A DNA stretch of 64,000 nucleotides from assembly GCF_006345805.1 (NCBI RefSeq), contig NC_043022.1:20832001-20896000 (forward strand), in the 5' to 3' direction. How positions within the stretch are numbered: position 1 is the stretch's first letter; each line of letters starts with the position of its first letter. Positions 1 to 12,277 of the stretch are shown piece after piece. Below the pieces are notes generated by a model that made no database searches, was not told the origin of the DNA, and saw nothing but the letters and a program-made list of their open reading frames with translations. Origin of the DNA: Octopus sinensis. Lineage: Eukaryota. The position numbers were made by a program, and so were the translations under genes.

Positions 1-26
1 ATAGGCTGTGGCAGTTAATGTGTTAA

Positions 27-242
27 TCCTTTTGCATTTAAACCGACTGTGTCCGGCCAAAATATTCCGTTTTATGTTCAGATTGGCCGGATCTGACCTC
101 TCGTACCTACCTAAAAAATCTCATTTAAAAAACATAGAATCGCATCATCAAAATCTCAAAGCTACAAGATAATACTCGGTTAATTCGAAGCATCTGAATA
201 AATAAGCATTGCATTTGACAGAATAATTTGAATGCTAAAGGG
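27..242. mobile_element. piggyBac-like MITE
   Basis: TTAA|tCCTTTtGCATT...AATGCtAAAGGG|TTAA; related decayed copies at ~3280-3400 and ~46405-46616. Confidence 0.6.
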
Positions 243-265
243 TTAAAATAATAAAAACAACAAAC

Positions 266-1138
266 CTAATTTCTTGAGCTGTGATGGTAACACTTGATCT
301 TCTGTCATTTCAACATTTGTTAGATTATATTTACTGCTCTGTTCATCAGGATCATCTCTTCTGGAGTTAGCATTCGGTCGGTCACCATCAGCTAAACTAA
401 CATCTAATTGATCATCTCTATCTTTAACAGTCTTTCTTTGTTGAACTTCATCAGAATTTATTTCTTCTTCATCAGATAAACTAACAACCTTTTGCTGTTC
501 GTCTGCATTCAATTTAACATCCGCTGACTTCCCCTTCTCTTCAGTAAGGCTGTTATTATTTCTTTCTTCATTTTCCAGAAAACTAACATTCGTTTTGGTT
601 CTATTTTCACATTCATCAACATCCGCTTTCCCATCTTCCAAGCTTTTAACATTTATTAATCCACAATCAGTAGTACTGATATTCATTAGTCCATCATCAA
701 CCTCATCACAGTTTGTTTTTCCATTTTCACATTCTTTAACATTCATTTCTATGTCATCAGCTTTATTAACATTCATTTCTCCATTACCCTTCAAATTAAC
801 ATTCTCCTGGATATCATCTTCCGGTAAACTATTGTTCCTTTCAATGTCTTCAGCAATATTACCATTTGTCTTCTTACTAATATCCACTTCTCTAGCTTCA
901 GATATACTATCATTCACTATACCATTTTCAGATTCTTTGGCATTCCTCAGGATGCCTTCAGATTCATTAACAGTCATTTGGCTGTCCTCAGATTCTTTAG
1001 CAGTCATCAGGGAGTCTTCAACCTCTTTAGCAGTCTTCTGGAGGTCTTCAGGCTCTTTAGCAGTTACCTGGATCTCTTCATTTTTTTTAGTCATATCTTG
1101 GTTATCTTCAGATCCTTTAATTTCATTTTGTCCATTTT
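266..1138 (-). CDS. ZNHIT3: ZNHIT3-like 873-bp exon: acidic repeat insert then start of C-terminal Hit1 domain
   Basis: Strong acceptor ttttctcttttacgtag|; open for 291 codons; ends EDQVLPSQLKKLG|gtttgt, resembling vertebrate ZNHIT3 EDRVSLQNLKNLG as recalled. Final exon lies outside the window. Confidence 0.8.
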
Positions 1139-2384
1139 CTACGTAAAAGAGAAAATAAAATTTAAAACTAAATCAGTTACAGATTTTATATTTGGATAAA
1201 AATACAAAAGTCAATAACTAACAATAAATACAAAATCAAAAACGGCGGTGCATCAGCATGGCCGCAGCTCTGAGCTGAAACTAAAAAAAAAAAAAAACTA
1301 AAATGCTAATCAATAAAATCCTTGCAATAAATAAATTTATTACAATAGGCACAGGAGTGGCTGTGTGGTAAGTAGCTTGTTTACCAACCACATGGTTCCG
1401 GGTTCAGTCCCACTGCGTGGCACCTTGGGCAAGTGTCTTCTTCTATAGCCTTGGGCCGACCAAAGCCTTGTCAGTGGATTTGTAGGCGGAAACTGAAAGA
1501 AGCCCGTCGTATATATGTGTGTGCGTGTATGTTTGTGTGTCTGTGTTTGTCCCCCTAGCATTGTTTGACAACCAATGCTGGTGTGTTTATGTCCCCGTCA
1601 CTTAGCAGTTCGGCAAAAGAGACTGATAGAATAAGTACTGGGCTTACAAAGAATAAGTCCCGGGGTCGATTTGCTCGACTAAAGGTGGTGCTCCAGCATG
1701 GCCGCAGTCAACTGACTGAAACAAGTAAAAGAGTAAAGAGAGGCATGGCTGTGTGAAGGTTCAGGCATGGGCGTGTGGCCAGAAGTTTGTTTCCCAACCA
1801 CTTGGTTCCCGGTTCAGTTCCAGAGCATAGCACCTTGAGCAAATGTCTTTTCAATGCCTTGGGCTGGCCAAAATATTGCGAGTGAATCTGATAGACAGAA
1901 ACTGAAAGAAGCCTGTTGTGTGTGTGTGTGTATGTGTGTGTGTAGGTGCAGGCGTAGCTGTGAGGTAAGAACTTTGCTTCCCAGCCACTAAGTTCCAGGT
2001 TCAGTCCCACTGCATGACACCATGGGCAAGTGTCGTTTATTATAGCCTTGGACCAACCAAAACCTTGTGAGTGGATTTGGTAGATGGAAACTGAAAGAAG
2101 CCCATCATATGCATGCGCAGGTGTGTGCATGTGTGTCTATGTTTGACAATTGATGTTGGTGTGTTTACATTCCCACGATTTAGCGGTTTGGCACAAGAGA
2201 TCAACAGAATATGAACCGGGCTTATTAAAATAAGTACCGAGGTTGATAAGAGAGTACCCCAGCATGGCCACAGTCTAATGAATGAAACAAATAAAATATG
2301 AAAAACAATCAACAATAATAAAAAAAAGAATCCATTTCATCTGAACACAAAGATAAATTTTGTAAATAACCATCGTTTCATTGT

Positions 2385-3030
2385 TCATCATCATCATCTT
2401 CTTCGTTTAGCGTCCGCTTTCCATGCTAGCATGGGTTGGACGGTTCAACTGGGGTCTGGGAAGCCAGGAGGCTGCACCAGGCCCAGTCTGATCTGGCAAT
2501 GTCTCTACGGCTGGATGCCCTTCCTAACGCCAACCACTCCGTGAGTGTAGCGGGTGCTTTTTACGTGCCACCAGCACAGCTGCCAGACGGGGCTGGCAAA
2601 TGGCCACGGTCGGATGGTGCGTTTTATGTGCCACTGGCACGGGGGCCAGGCGAGGCTAGCAACGGCCACGATCGGATGGTGCTTTTTACGTGCCAGGTAA
2701 GGCTGGCAACGGCCACGATCGGATGGCTCGCTTATGTGCCACCAGCACGGAGGCGGAGCTGGCAACGGCCACGTTCGGATGGTTCGCTTACGTGCCACCA
2801 GCACTGGTATCACAGCTAAAATTTCCATTGATGTTGATCGATTTCGATTCTGATTCTCACTTGCCTCAACAGGTCTTCACAAGTAGAGTTTTGTGTCCCA
2901 AGAAGGAAAGGTATGCATAAGTGGACTGGCTACATCCCAGGTAGAGGCCATGGATTATGGTCTCACTTGTCCTGCCGGGTCTTCTCACGCACAGCATACT
3001 TCCAAAGGTCTCGGTCTCTAGTCATTTCAC
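2385..3030 (-). mobile_element. 5'-truncated RTE-like LINE 3' end
   Basis: Minus strand ends an ORF EMTRDRDLWKYAVREKTRQDK*, then a 3' UTR with ~50-bp GTGGCAC tandem units and (GAT)n tail. Shorter copies at ~5425, 8210, 15180, 18720, 29115, 32800, 37378, 40440, 41735. Confidence 0.7.
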
Positions 3031-3533
3031 TCTTCCTCATTCACTCCAGTTGTCTGTTGTGGTGTGGTTTCTATAGCTGGATGGCCTTCTTTATGCCAAC
3101 TACTTAACAGAGTGTGTTGGGTGATTTTTATATGCCACTGGCATGGGTGCCACCATCTTTTAATGTTTGTCTTCCATGCTGGCATGGGTTGGATGGTTTG
3201 ACAGGAGATGACAAGCTGAAGGGCTGTTCAGGTTCCATGTCTGTTTTGGCATGGTTTCTATGGCTAGATGAGAACCCTTGATTTAAACTGATTATACCCG
3301 GACCAAATATTCTGTTTTTATCTTCAAACCAGCCACGTCTGGCCTCTCACACCTACCCTACAATGTCATTGTAAAAATAAACAATCACATCATCAAAAAA
3401 GTTCTGTTTTTGCTCCATTCCACTGACAATGATGATGGTGATGACAAAGGTTTACTACATTTAACAAAATCAGACATAATAACACCAAGTTCAAGATATG
3501 CAAATTTTAAAACATAAACACAAACAACTCTAC

Positions 3534-3581
3534 CTTGTGAAGTCACACCAGAATTCTCTTTCAATTTTGAAGCACAAGATT
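3534..3581 (-). CDS. ZNHIT3: ZNHIT3-like 48-bp exon
   Basis: ttacag| SCASKLKENSGVTSQ |gtagag; open, phase 1-1, fits between neighbours and supplies the Cys following the HIT His. Confidence 0.72.
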
Positions 3582-4258
3582 CTGTAAAAGATAAAAAATG
3601 AAAAATTTAGCAGGCATGGTTGTGTGGTAAGAAGCTTGCTTCCAAAGGCGGCGAGCTGGCAGAAGCATTAGCACACCGGGCAAAATGCTTACGGTATTTC
3701 GTCTGCCATTACATTCTGAGTTCAAATTCCGCTGAGGTCGACTTTGCCTTTCATCCTTTCAGGGTTGATAAAGGAAACACACCAGCATTGGTTGTCAAGC
3801 GATGCTGGGGGACAAACACAGCCACACAAACATACACACACACACACACACATATATATATACATATATATGACGTCTACTTTCAGTTTCTGTCTACCAG
3901 ATCCACTCGCAAGGCTTTGGTCAGCCCGAGGCATTAGTAGAAGACACTTGCCCATGGTGTGCCACGCAGTGGGACTGAACCCGGAACCATGTGATTTGTA
4001 AACAAGCTACTTACCACACAGCCACTGAGATAGAAGAGTCCCGGACGGAGGGACAGACAGAATTTCATGTTTATTATTATAAGATATAATGCTTCATTTA
4101 CAATTTATCTAATGTTTCAGCTGTTAGCAGTGAGAAGCTTTACATACCTATGGTGTGTGTTTACAGAATTAAGTGTTTTATAGATACAATACAATGGGAG
4201 AAATGGAAAAAACAAAAAGATGTTGTGAGTTTATTGAAATGTTATGTTTTAGTGTGAA

Positions 4259-4902
4259 GGCGCATGGCTCAGTGGTTAGAGCATCGAGCTTACGATCATG
4301 AGGTTGTGAGCTCGAATCCCGGACTGGGCTGCGTATTGTGTTCTTGAGCAATACACTTTATTTCACATTGCTCCAGTTCACTCAGCTGTAAAATTGAGTT
4401 GTGATGTCACAGGTGCCAAGCTGTATCGGCCCCTTTGCCTTTCTCTAGGATAACACTGGTGGCATAGAGAGGGGAAGCCGGTATGCATGAGCAACTGCTG
4501 GTCTTCCATAAACAACTTTGCCCAGACTTGTGCCTGGAAGGGTTACTTTCTAAATGCAATCCCATGGTCAGTCATGACCAAAGTGGGTCTCAGCATATAT
4601 ATATATATATAGGTTGTGAGTTCGAATCCCGAACCGGGCTGCATGTTGTGTTCTTGAGCAAGACACTTTATTTCACGTTGCTCCAGTTCACTCAGCTGTA
4701 GAAATGAGTTGCGACGTCACAGGTGCCAAGCTGTATTGGCCCCTTTGTCTTTCCTTTGGATAACACTGGTGGCATAGAGAGGAGAGGTTGGTATGCATGG
4801 GCGACTGCTGGTCTTCCATAATCAACCTTGCCCGGACTTGTGCCTGGGAGGGTAACTTTCTAGGTGCAATCCCACGGCCTGTATCATGACCAAAGGGGGT
4901 CT
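4259..4902 (+). mobile_element. Two tandem copies of tRNA-derived SINE family D
   Basis: GGCTCAGTGGTTAGAG head, TTCACTCAGCTGTA core; second copy 5'-truncated after (TA)n; reverse copy at ~7212-7480. Confidence 0.75.
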
Positions 4903-4956
4903 CAGAATATATTTTAATATGAATTAAACCCAAACAAGAAGAGAAACACAACTAAC

Positions 4957-4997
4957 CTGGTAGAGAGAAGTGAATCTTATAACAGCCCAGGGAACAA
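4957..4997 (-). CDS. ZNHIT3: ZNHIT3-like exon: second part of zf-HIT
   Basis: tttcag| (Y)CSLGCYKIHFSLP |gttagt; phase 2 to 1, completes YCSxxCxxxH. Confidence 0.88.
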
Positions 4998-5698
4998 CTG
5001 AAATGGAAAGAAATTGAAGATTTTGAAAATAACAGTGATGATGAATACATGTTAGGCAAGACATATAAATAAGAGGAACAGTAAGGCATTGAGATATATG
5101 TACATGCATGTGTGTGTGCTAGTGCCACATAAAAAGCACTGAGTCCATGCTGCAGAGGGGTTGGTGTTAGGAAGGGCAACCAGCTGTAAAAACCTTGCCA
5201 AAACAGACAGAGTAGCATAGGGTAATTTTCCTAACTGACCATCTCCTGTGAACCATCCTACCTATGCATGCATGGAAGATGGACATTAAATGATGATGAT
5301 GATATCGTTGCTGTTATGTTAAACTGTTGTATGTCCAAATGCCTTTTTTTCCAATATTTAATTTCGCTTGCAATAGCCAGTTCTTTTGGTTAAACTATTG
5401 TATCCCCAGCGGCTTCAGATGCCAAGCACCCACTACACTCATGGAGTGGTTGGCGTTAGGAAGGGCATCCAGCCGTAGAAACATTGCCAGATCAGACTGG
5501 GCCTGGTGCAGCCTTCTGGCTTCCCAGACCCCAGTTGCACCGTCCAACCCAAGCCAGCATGGAAAGCGGACGCTAAACGATGATGATGATGATGTAGTAC
5601 AACAGTTTAGCATTTTTCTAAAAGTGTAGCAAGTCCCATGGTGATGATGATGACGATGAGAAACAACTACAGGAAACAAGAAATTAAAGGTAACTCAC

Positions 5699-5798
5699 TA
5701 TCTGATCAAACACTTAGGACATTTATAAATGCTGATCTCCTTCAAACAGGATTCACACTTATTTGGCTTCTTTGTAAGTTTCCTCATTTTTGGAGCAT
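5699..5798 (-). CDS. ZNHIT3: ZNHIT3-like exon: first part of zf-HIT domain
   Basis: ttttag| APKMRKLTKKPNKCESCLKEISIYKCPKCLIRY |gtgagt; CxxC...YKCPxC zf-HIT pattern; in-frame ATG at 5787. Confidence 0.88.
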
Positions 5799-5899
5799 CT
5801 AAAAAACAGGGAAAAAAAAAAAGAATGAAATAATAAAGTCAGTATTACAAATAGTTTATCTCTCACCCACTCATCATACATACATATAAATACATATAT

Positions 5900-6300
5900 A
5901 GGTGCAGGAGTGGCTGTGTGGTAAGTAGCTTGCTAACCAACCACATGGTTCCGGGTTCAGTCCCACTGCATGGCATCTTGAGCAAGTGTCTTCTGCTATA
6001 GCCCCGGGCCGACCAATGCCTTGTGAGTGGATTTGGTAGACGGAAACTGAAAGAAGCCCGTCGTATATATGTATATATATATGTGTGTGTGTGTGTATTT
6101 GTGTGTCTGTGTTTGTCCCCCAAGCATTGCTTGACAACCAATGCAGGTGCGTTTACGTCCCCGTCACTTAGCGGTTCGGCAAAAGAGACCGATAGAATAA
6201 GTAGTGGGCTTACAAAGAATAAGTCCCGGGGTCGATTTGCTCGACTAAAGGCGGTGCTCCAGCATGGCCGCAGTCAAATGACTGAAGCAAGTAAAAGAGA
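5900..6300 (+). mobile_element. tRNA-derived SINE family A (~400 bp, central (TA)n(TG)n, (AAAGAGT)n tail)
   Basis: A-box TGGCTGTGTGG, B-box GGTTCAGTCC, CCTTGGGCAAGT-like core. More than 20 copies, e.g. +1347, +15924, +26215, +34693, +39218, +43295, +45728; -19725, -31015, -35800, -37843, -38485, -52840. Confidence 0.85.
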
Positions 6301-6525
6301 ATATACATATATATAAATAAGTAATTAGTAATGGATTTCTCCGAATGTTTACTGGTCTGTTTACAGTTAGGTATTCAAAAGTTAGTATATAAATCCAATA
6401 ATAATTCTCATATGATAAAGATATTAGTGAAAATCTTGAAGAAACTGCACTGGTATTATAGTAGGGTGGTAACTTCAATGGTTACTAATCAATGGAATAG
6501 ATACGTGTATGTCTATTTGAAGCAG

Positions 6526-6559
<34 letters not shown>

Positions 6560-7170
6560 TATATATACATATACACATATAACGGAATTGTAGGTAACGT
6601 TAATGCTACTTCATAATAATCATTATTATTATAATTATCATTATATATATATATATTTTCGACCTCGTGTGTACCGTTGGCGATTTTTTTCCTCTGTCTT
6701 CCCTTCTCGGGATCTTTCCTTCTCCTAGGTTTCCAACGAAGAGCTCCGCTCGAAACATTAAACCCTCCTTCTTCCCTTCTTTCCTGAGCGTCCAATAATA
6801 CTATATTTGTTCCACGTCCTCGTGTTGTTGTGTTTTTTTGTTTTCTTGCTTGGATTAACTATATATATATATATATACACATATGAGAGGGATGACCACT
6901 ATGTGGACAACCCGTATGCTAGAAGTAGATCCACTAAGACCACAGCAGATCTACTTCTAGCATAAGGGTTGTCCACATAGTGGTCATACTTCTCATATGT
7001 ATATAACACAATTTACTGAGCCTTTAGATTTTATATTCTAGACCACAGGTGTAAAATTGATGTTAATTAAATTAATATCCAATTTCTCACCCTCATTTTA
7101 AATTTATATATATTAATATTAGAGAATTTATTTCCAAGTCCACAGTGGTACTAAAACGAATTTCCCACTG

Positions 7171-7212
<42 letters not shown>

Positions 7213-7486
7213 GGGTAAAGACCCCCTTCGGTCATGAATGACCATGGGATTGCACCTAGAAAGTTACCCTCCTAGACACAAGTCCGGGCAAGGTTGTTTA
7301 TGGAAGACCAGCAGTCGCCCATGCATACCAGCCTCCCCTCTCCACGCCACCAGTGTTTATCCAAGGGAAAGACAAAGGTCGATACAGCATGGCACCAGTG
7401 ACGTCGCAACTCATTTCTACAGCTGAGTGAACTGGAGCAACGTGAAATAAAGTGCCTTGCTCAAGAACACAACACACGCCTTCATA

Positions 7487-7533
<47 letters not shown>

Positions 7534-7863
7534 AGATAGATAGGTTTAAGAGACAGAACCACCTACAAGCAACTCAATCAACATTGAGCGACATTATCTG
7601 TGATAGAGATATATAAGATTATATATTATCAACTTAATACCTGCAATTACTATTCTGAATCATACACATTAGATAGACTACGTGCGTTTCATGACAATAT
7701 ATCTATCGATATTGCTAACATAGGTCTCGGAATTCAATACTATTCAGACATTCTTTATAAGCCTAGCACTTATTCTATCAATCTCTTTTGCCAAACCGCA
7801 AAGTTACTAGGATGTAAACACACCAACAATGGTGGGCGGACAAACACAAACACACAAATACAT

Positions 7864-7900
<37 letters not shown>

Positions 7901-8086
7901 CACAGACACACGATGGCTTCTTTCAGTTTCCATCTTCCACATCCACTCACAAGTCTTTGGTCAGCCCAAGGCTATAGTAGAAGACACTTGCCCAAGGTGC
8001 CATGCAGTAGGACTGAACCTGGAGTCATGTGGTTGGAAAGCAAGCTTTTTACCATACAGCCACGCCTGTGTGTCTGTATATGTATA

Positions 8087-8135
<49 letters not shown>

Positions 8136-8919
8136 CACACATATACATATATATAAACACACATATATATATACACATATATATAAGATATATACATACA
8201 TATGTATACATCATCATCATCATCATCATTTAGCGTCCGTTTTCCATGCAGCATGGGTTGGACGGTTCTACTGGGGTCTGTGAAGCCAGAAGGCTTCATC
8301 AGCCCAGTCAAATCTGGCAGTGTTTCTACGGCTGGATGCCCTTCCTAACGCCAACCACTCCGTGAGTGTAGTGGGTGCTTTTTATGTGCCACCCGCACTG
8401 GTGCCAGACAGAGCTGGCAAACGGCCACGAACGGATGGTGCTTTTTATGTGCCACCTGCACGGGGCCAGGCGAGGCTGGCAACGGACACGAAACGGGGCG
8501 GTGCTGGCAACGGTCGCGAAACGGAAAGTTCTTACATGCCACCGGCACTGGTAACACATCTGCAATTTCCATTGATCAATTTCGATTCTGATCCTCACTT
8601 GCCTCAATGGGTCTTCACAAGCAGAGTTCGACACTGGTAACACATCTGCAATTTCCATTGATCGATTTCCATTGATCGATTTCGATTCTGATCCTCACTT
8701 GCCTCAATGGGTCTTCACAAGCAGAGTTTCGGCACTGGTAGCACATCCGCAATTTCCATTGATCGATTTCGATTCTGATCCTCACTTGCCTCAACACGTC
8801 TTCACAAGTAGAGTTTTGTGTCAAGAAGGGAAGGTATGCATACGTAGGCTGGCTCCATCCCATGTAGAAGGCCACGGGTTGTGGACTCATATACATATAT
8901 ATATATATATATATATACA

Positions 8920-8957
<38 letters not shown>

Positions 8958-9699
8958 CATACACATTTATACATACACATATATACATACACATATATAC
9001 ATACACATACATATATATATAATCTAATATAGACAGCAGTGTGCAATGTGTTACCAAAACTATAATTGCCACTAAATATAACTAGGGTGTTAGAACACCT
9101 ACACTGCTAAAAATAAGAGCTATACATATATATACAAAATAAGAAAATGGAGAAATACACCTTAATCAATAATCAACTACCAGATAATACCCATTCACAT
9201 AATTTATTAACCAACTACATATGAACATCAAAATCAAACATAATAGTACAGAACAAAACAGTGCATATCAATGAGTAATATGATACAAATAGATGATTGT
9301 GTGTGTGTGTGTGTGTGTGTTTGTCCACCCACCAACGTTTGACAACCGGTGTTGGTGTGTTTATCTCCCCATAACTTGGTTCGACAAAGGAGACCAATAG
9401 AATAAGCACCAGGCTTACAAGGAATAAGTCATGGGGGTTGATATTTGCTCAACTAAAAGCGGTGCTCCAGCATGGCCGCCGTCAAATAAAAAGAATGGAA
9501 GAAGAATATATATATGCACTTGATATGTTCAATTAATCAGTCCTCACAGTTTTTACTTTCTTTGTACAAAATTCTTCAAGGCAACAAAGAGGAATCTATT
9601 GCCAATAAATTTTGAATCCATTCTCTCAATCGTTTTCATGCCATTGTTCAGACGTGGCACAGCTTGGCGAAAATTACTGCTATAATTAGTTGGTGTTAC

Positions 9700-9754
9700 C
9701 ATGCGTAGACTTAGCAGCAGTCAGTTTCTGCTTATAAATGAAACCATTTCTCAT
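9700..9754 (-). CDS. Possible alternative 55-bp exon of ZNHIT3-like gene
   Basis: ctttctaactttag|ATG AGA AAT...CAT G|gtaaca; encodes MRNGFIYKQKLTAAKSTH in frame with exon 5798. Confidence 0.3.
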
Positions 9755-11885
9755 CTAAAGTTAGAAAGTGTTCTTTGTGACCTATATAATGTTAGACCTG
9801 AACTTTATCACCTTCTGTTAACTATCTCAAATGGTTATATCACCACCACCACCACCACCACCACCACTGCCATCATCATCATCATCATCTATGGCAGACG
9901 AAAACTGAAAAGAACCTGTTGTGTGTGTGTGTCATCATCATCATTTAATGTCTGTTTTCCATGCTGGCATGGGTTGGATGGTTTGACAGGAGCTGATCAG
10001 CTGAAGGGCTGTTTAGGCTCCCTGTCTGTTTTGGCGTGGTCTCTACAGCTGGATGCCCTTCCTAGTGCTAACCATTTTACAGAGTGCACTGGGTGCTTTT
10101 TGAGTGGCACCAGCACTCACAAGCCTGCAAGATGCTCAGCTGGAAGGAGTCGCAAGGGATGAGCCTGTATGCAAAGGGCAACCACACTTTTACTTAGTTT
10201 GATGTGTTTTTTTAAGCACATAAATAATACACAGGGGTGGATGTATGGTAAGAAGCTTGCTTCTCAACCATATGGTCCAGGGTTCAGTCCCACTGCATGA
10301 CACCTTCGGCAAGTGTCTTCCACTATAAGCCTCAGGACAACCAAGGTTTTGTCAGTCGATTTGGTAGACAGAAACTGAAAGAAGCCTATTGTATATATGC
10401 ATACATGTGTATACACAGATATATATATATTAGTGACCCCCTTCAGTTATGAATGACCATGGAACTGAACCTAGAAAGTCACCCTTTAAAGCACAAGTCT
10501 GGGCAAGGTTTAAGGAAAACCAGCAGTCGCCCATGCATACCAGCCTTCTCTCTCCACGCTATTGATGCTATCCAAGGGAATGGCAAAGGCCGATACAGCT
10601 TGGCACCAATGACATCGCAAGAAAAAAGAAATCCTTCCCCCACCCCCACCTCTAACCCCACAATCTTTTATTCATACGAACGTGACTGATATGAAATATG
10701 TTATAAATAACAGTGACAAACTTAATAGAGACCGCAGGAAATTGTTGTTGACAAACAACAGCAGTAATTGTATTCACCTCAACAGATGTCATTGATTGGT
10801 TGAAATTGCCGAAATGCAAGAAATTTAACAAGAAATAGCTTACAAACTACAGAATTTTCTCAAGAAAGCCAAGAGAAAAAGATGTTTTATGTAACACATT
10901 CGACCAGTATACGAAGTTTAAAAGTGTTTAGTTACAAAGAAATTATTTTTTAAATCTGCCGGTCAAAGTGAAAAGATCCCTTCTCTGTCTCTCTCTAACC
11001 TTTCATCATCTGACACAAGTTCTCCACCTCAAATGCCCACACCCTTCTCAAAATCCTTTATCGTGTGAGTTACTTGATGCCCCTGCCAGTGTTGGTGCCA
11101 CGTAAAAATCATCCAGTCCACACTGAAAAGCAGTTGGCATTTGTAAGGGCATTCAGCTGTAAAAATCTTGCCAAAAATAACTTCGCCAACACTAGTGCCA
11201 CGTGAAAAGCACAGAGTCCACTTTGCAGAGTGGTTGATGTTAGGAAGGGCATCCAGCCGTAAAAATTCTGCCAAAACAGATACAGTAGCCTGGGGTAGTC
11301 TTCTGCCTGGCCGACTCCTGTCAATCATCCTACCCATGCATGCATGGAAGACAGACATTAAACGATGATGATGATGACAATGATGGTGTATAGGTTGGTC
11401 AGGACATCTAGGTCCCAAGTCCTTCTAGGCAAAGAACATGTCTCAGGCGGAGATAAAGAATCCATGCACCACCCGTTTTCGGCGTAACAAAAACCCTAAC
11501 CAGCGGGTGCACGTATTCTTTACCTTCGCCCATGTCTCATCCAAATGTATGTGAGTGTGTGGTATACAGTCTGCAGTGGAAGGGCCCCGAAACAGCTTCA
11601 CCACCTGATAAAACATCAACTCCTACATTTGGAGGTGGAGAACAACAACACTCAGCGCACAAGTGTTTGTATGTGGCTATAGAGACGTCTCGCGTATATA
11701 AACACGTCATCAGTTTTGAAACACGTGTATTTGTATAAACACCGAAGATGTGTGAGAATGCAGAAAAGTCCTGTGTTTAAACACACATGTCATCGCTATA
11801 TTCGTCAAATACACGTAAGTATATACATGTTCATATACACATATGTTTGGTTATAGACCGTAAACAAAACACAAATACCATACTA

Positions 11886-12277
11886 CTAGAAGTATCGCCC
11901 GGCGTTGCTCGGGTTTGTTTCGACCCTTTAGAATTGGAATTTTTGAAAAGTAAAAGTTTTGCATTATGTAGCTTGTTATTCTCTTTAAGTGAACATTTTT
12001 CTGGTTGAAATACACCGAAAAATGGTGATACAGCAGTTAAAAAATTGTAAAAATAGGGATTTTCATAGAAAAAAAGCACCTTTTTGGTGTAAATAATTTT
12101 TGGTCTTAACATGGTCTGATTTGAATTTTTTTCTTCTACGGAAGGAAGAGCAAGCCTTCTTCTATCATACTCTCAATTTTGGTCAACTTGCGCCGCAGGG
12201 TCTCGGAGGAGATAGTGTTAGTTGAAGGCTACCAAACCTGCCATACACAGACAACTTCAGCTTTATATATAGAGAGA
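11886..12277 (-). mobile_element. Non-autonomous Helitron
   Basis: Minus strand: A|TCTCTCTATATATAAAG 5' end; 3' hairpin CCCGagcaacgcCGGG then CTAG|T; AT target, no TSD. Confidence 0.8.

Noticed and set aside
595-1146. 183-aa hydrophobic + strand ORF
   Set aside because: Antisense shadow of the acidic ZNHIT3-like exon.
5863-6316. Recurrent ORFs such as RRASFSFRLPNPLTR and DGLLSVSVYQIHSQG
   Set aside because: Translations of SINE family A, repeated across the window.
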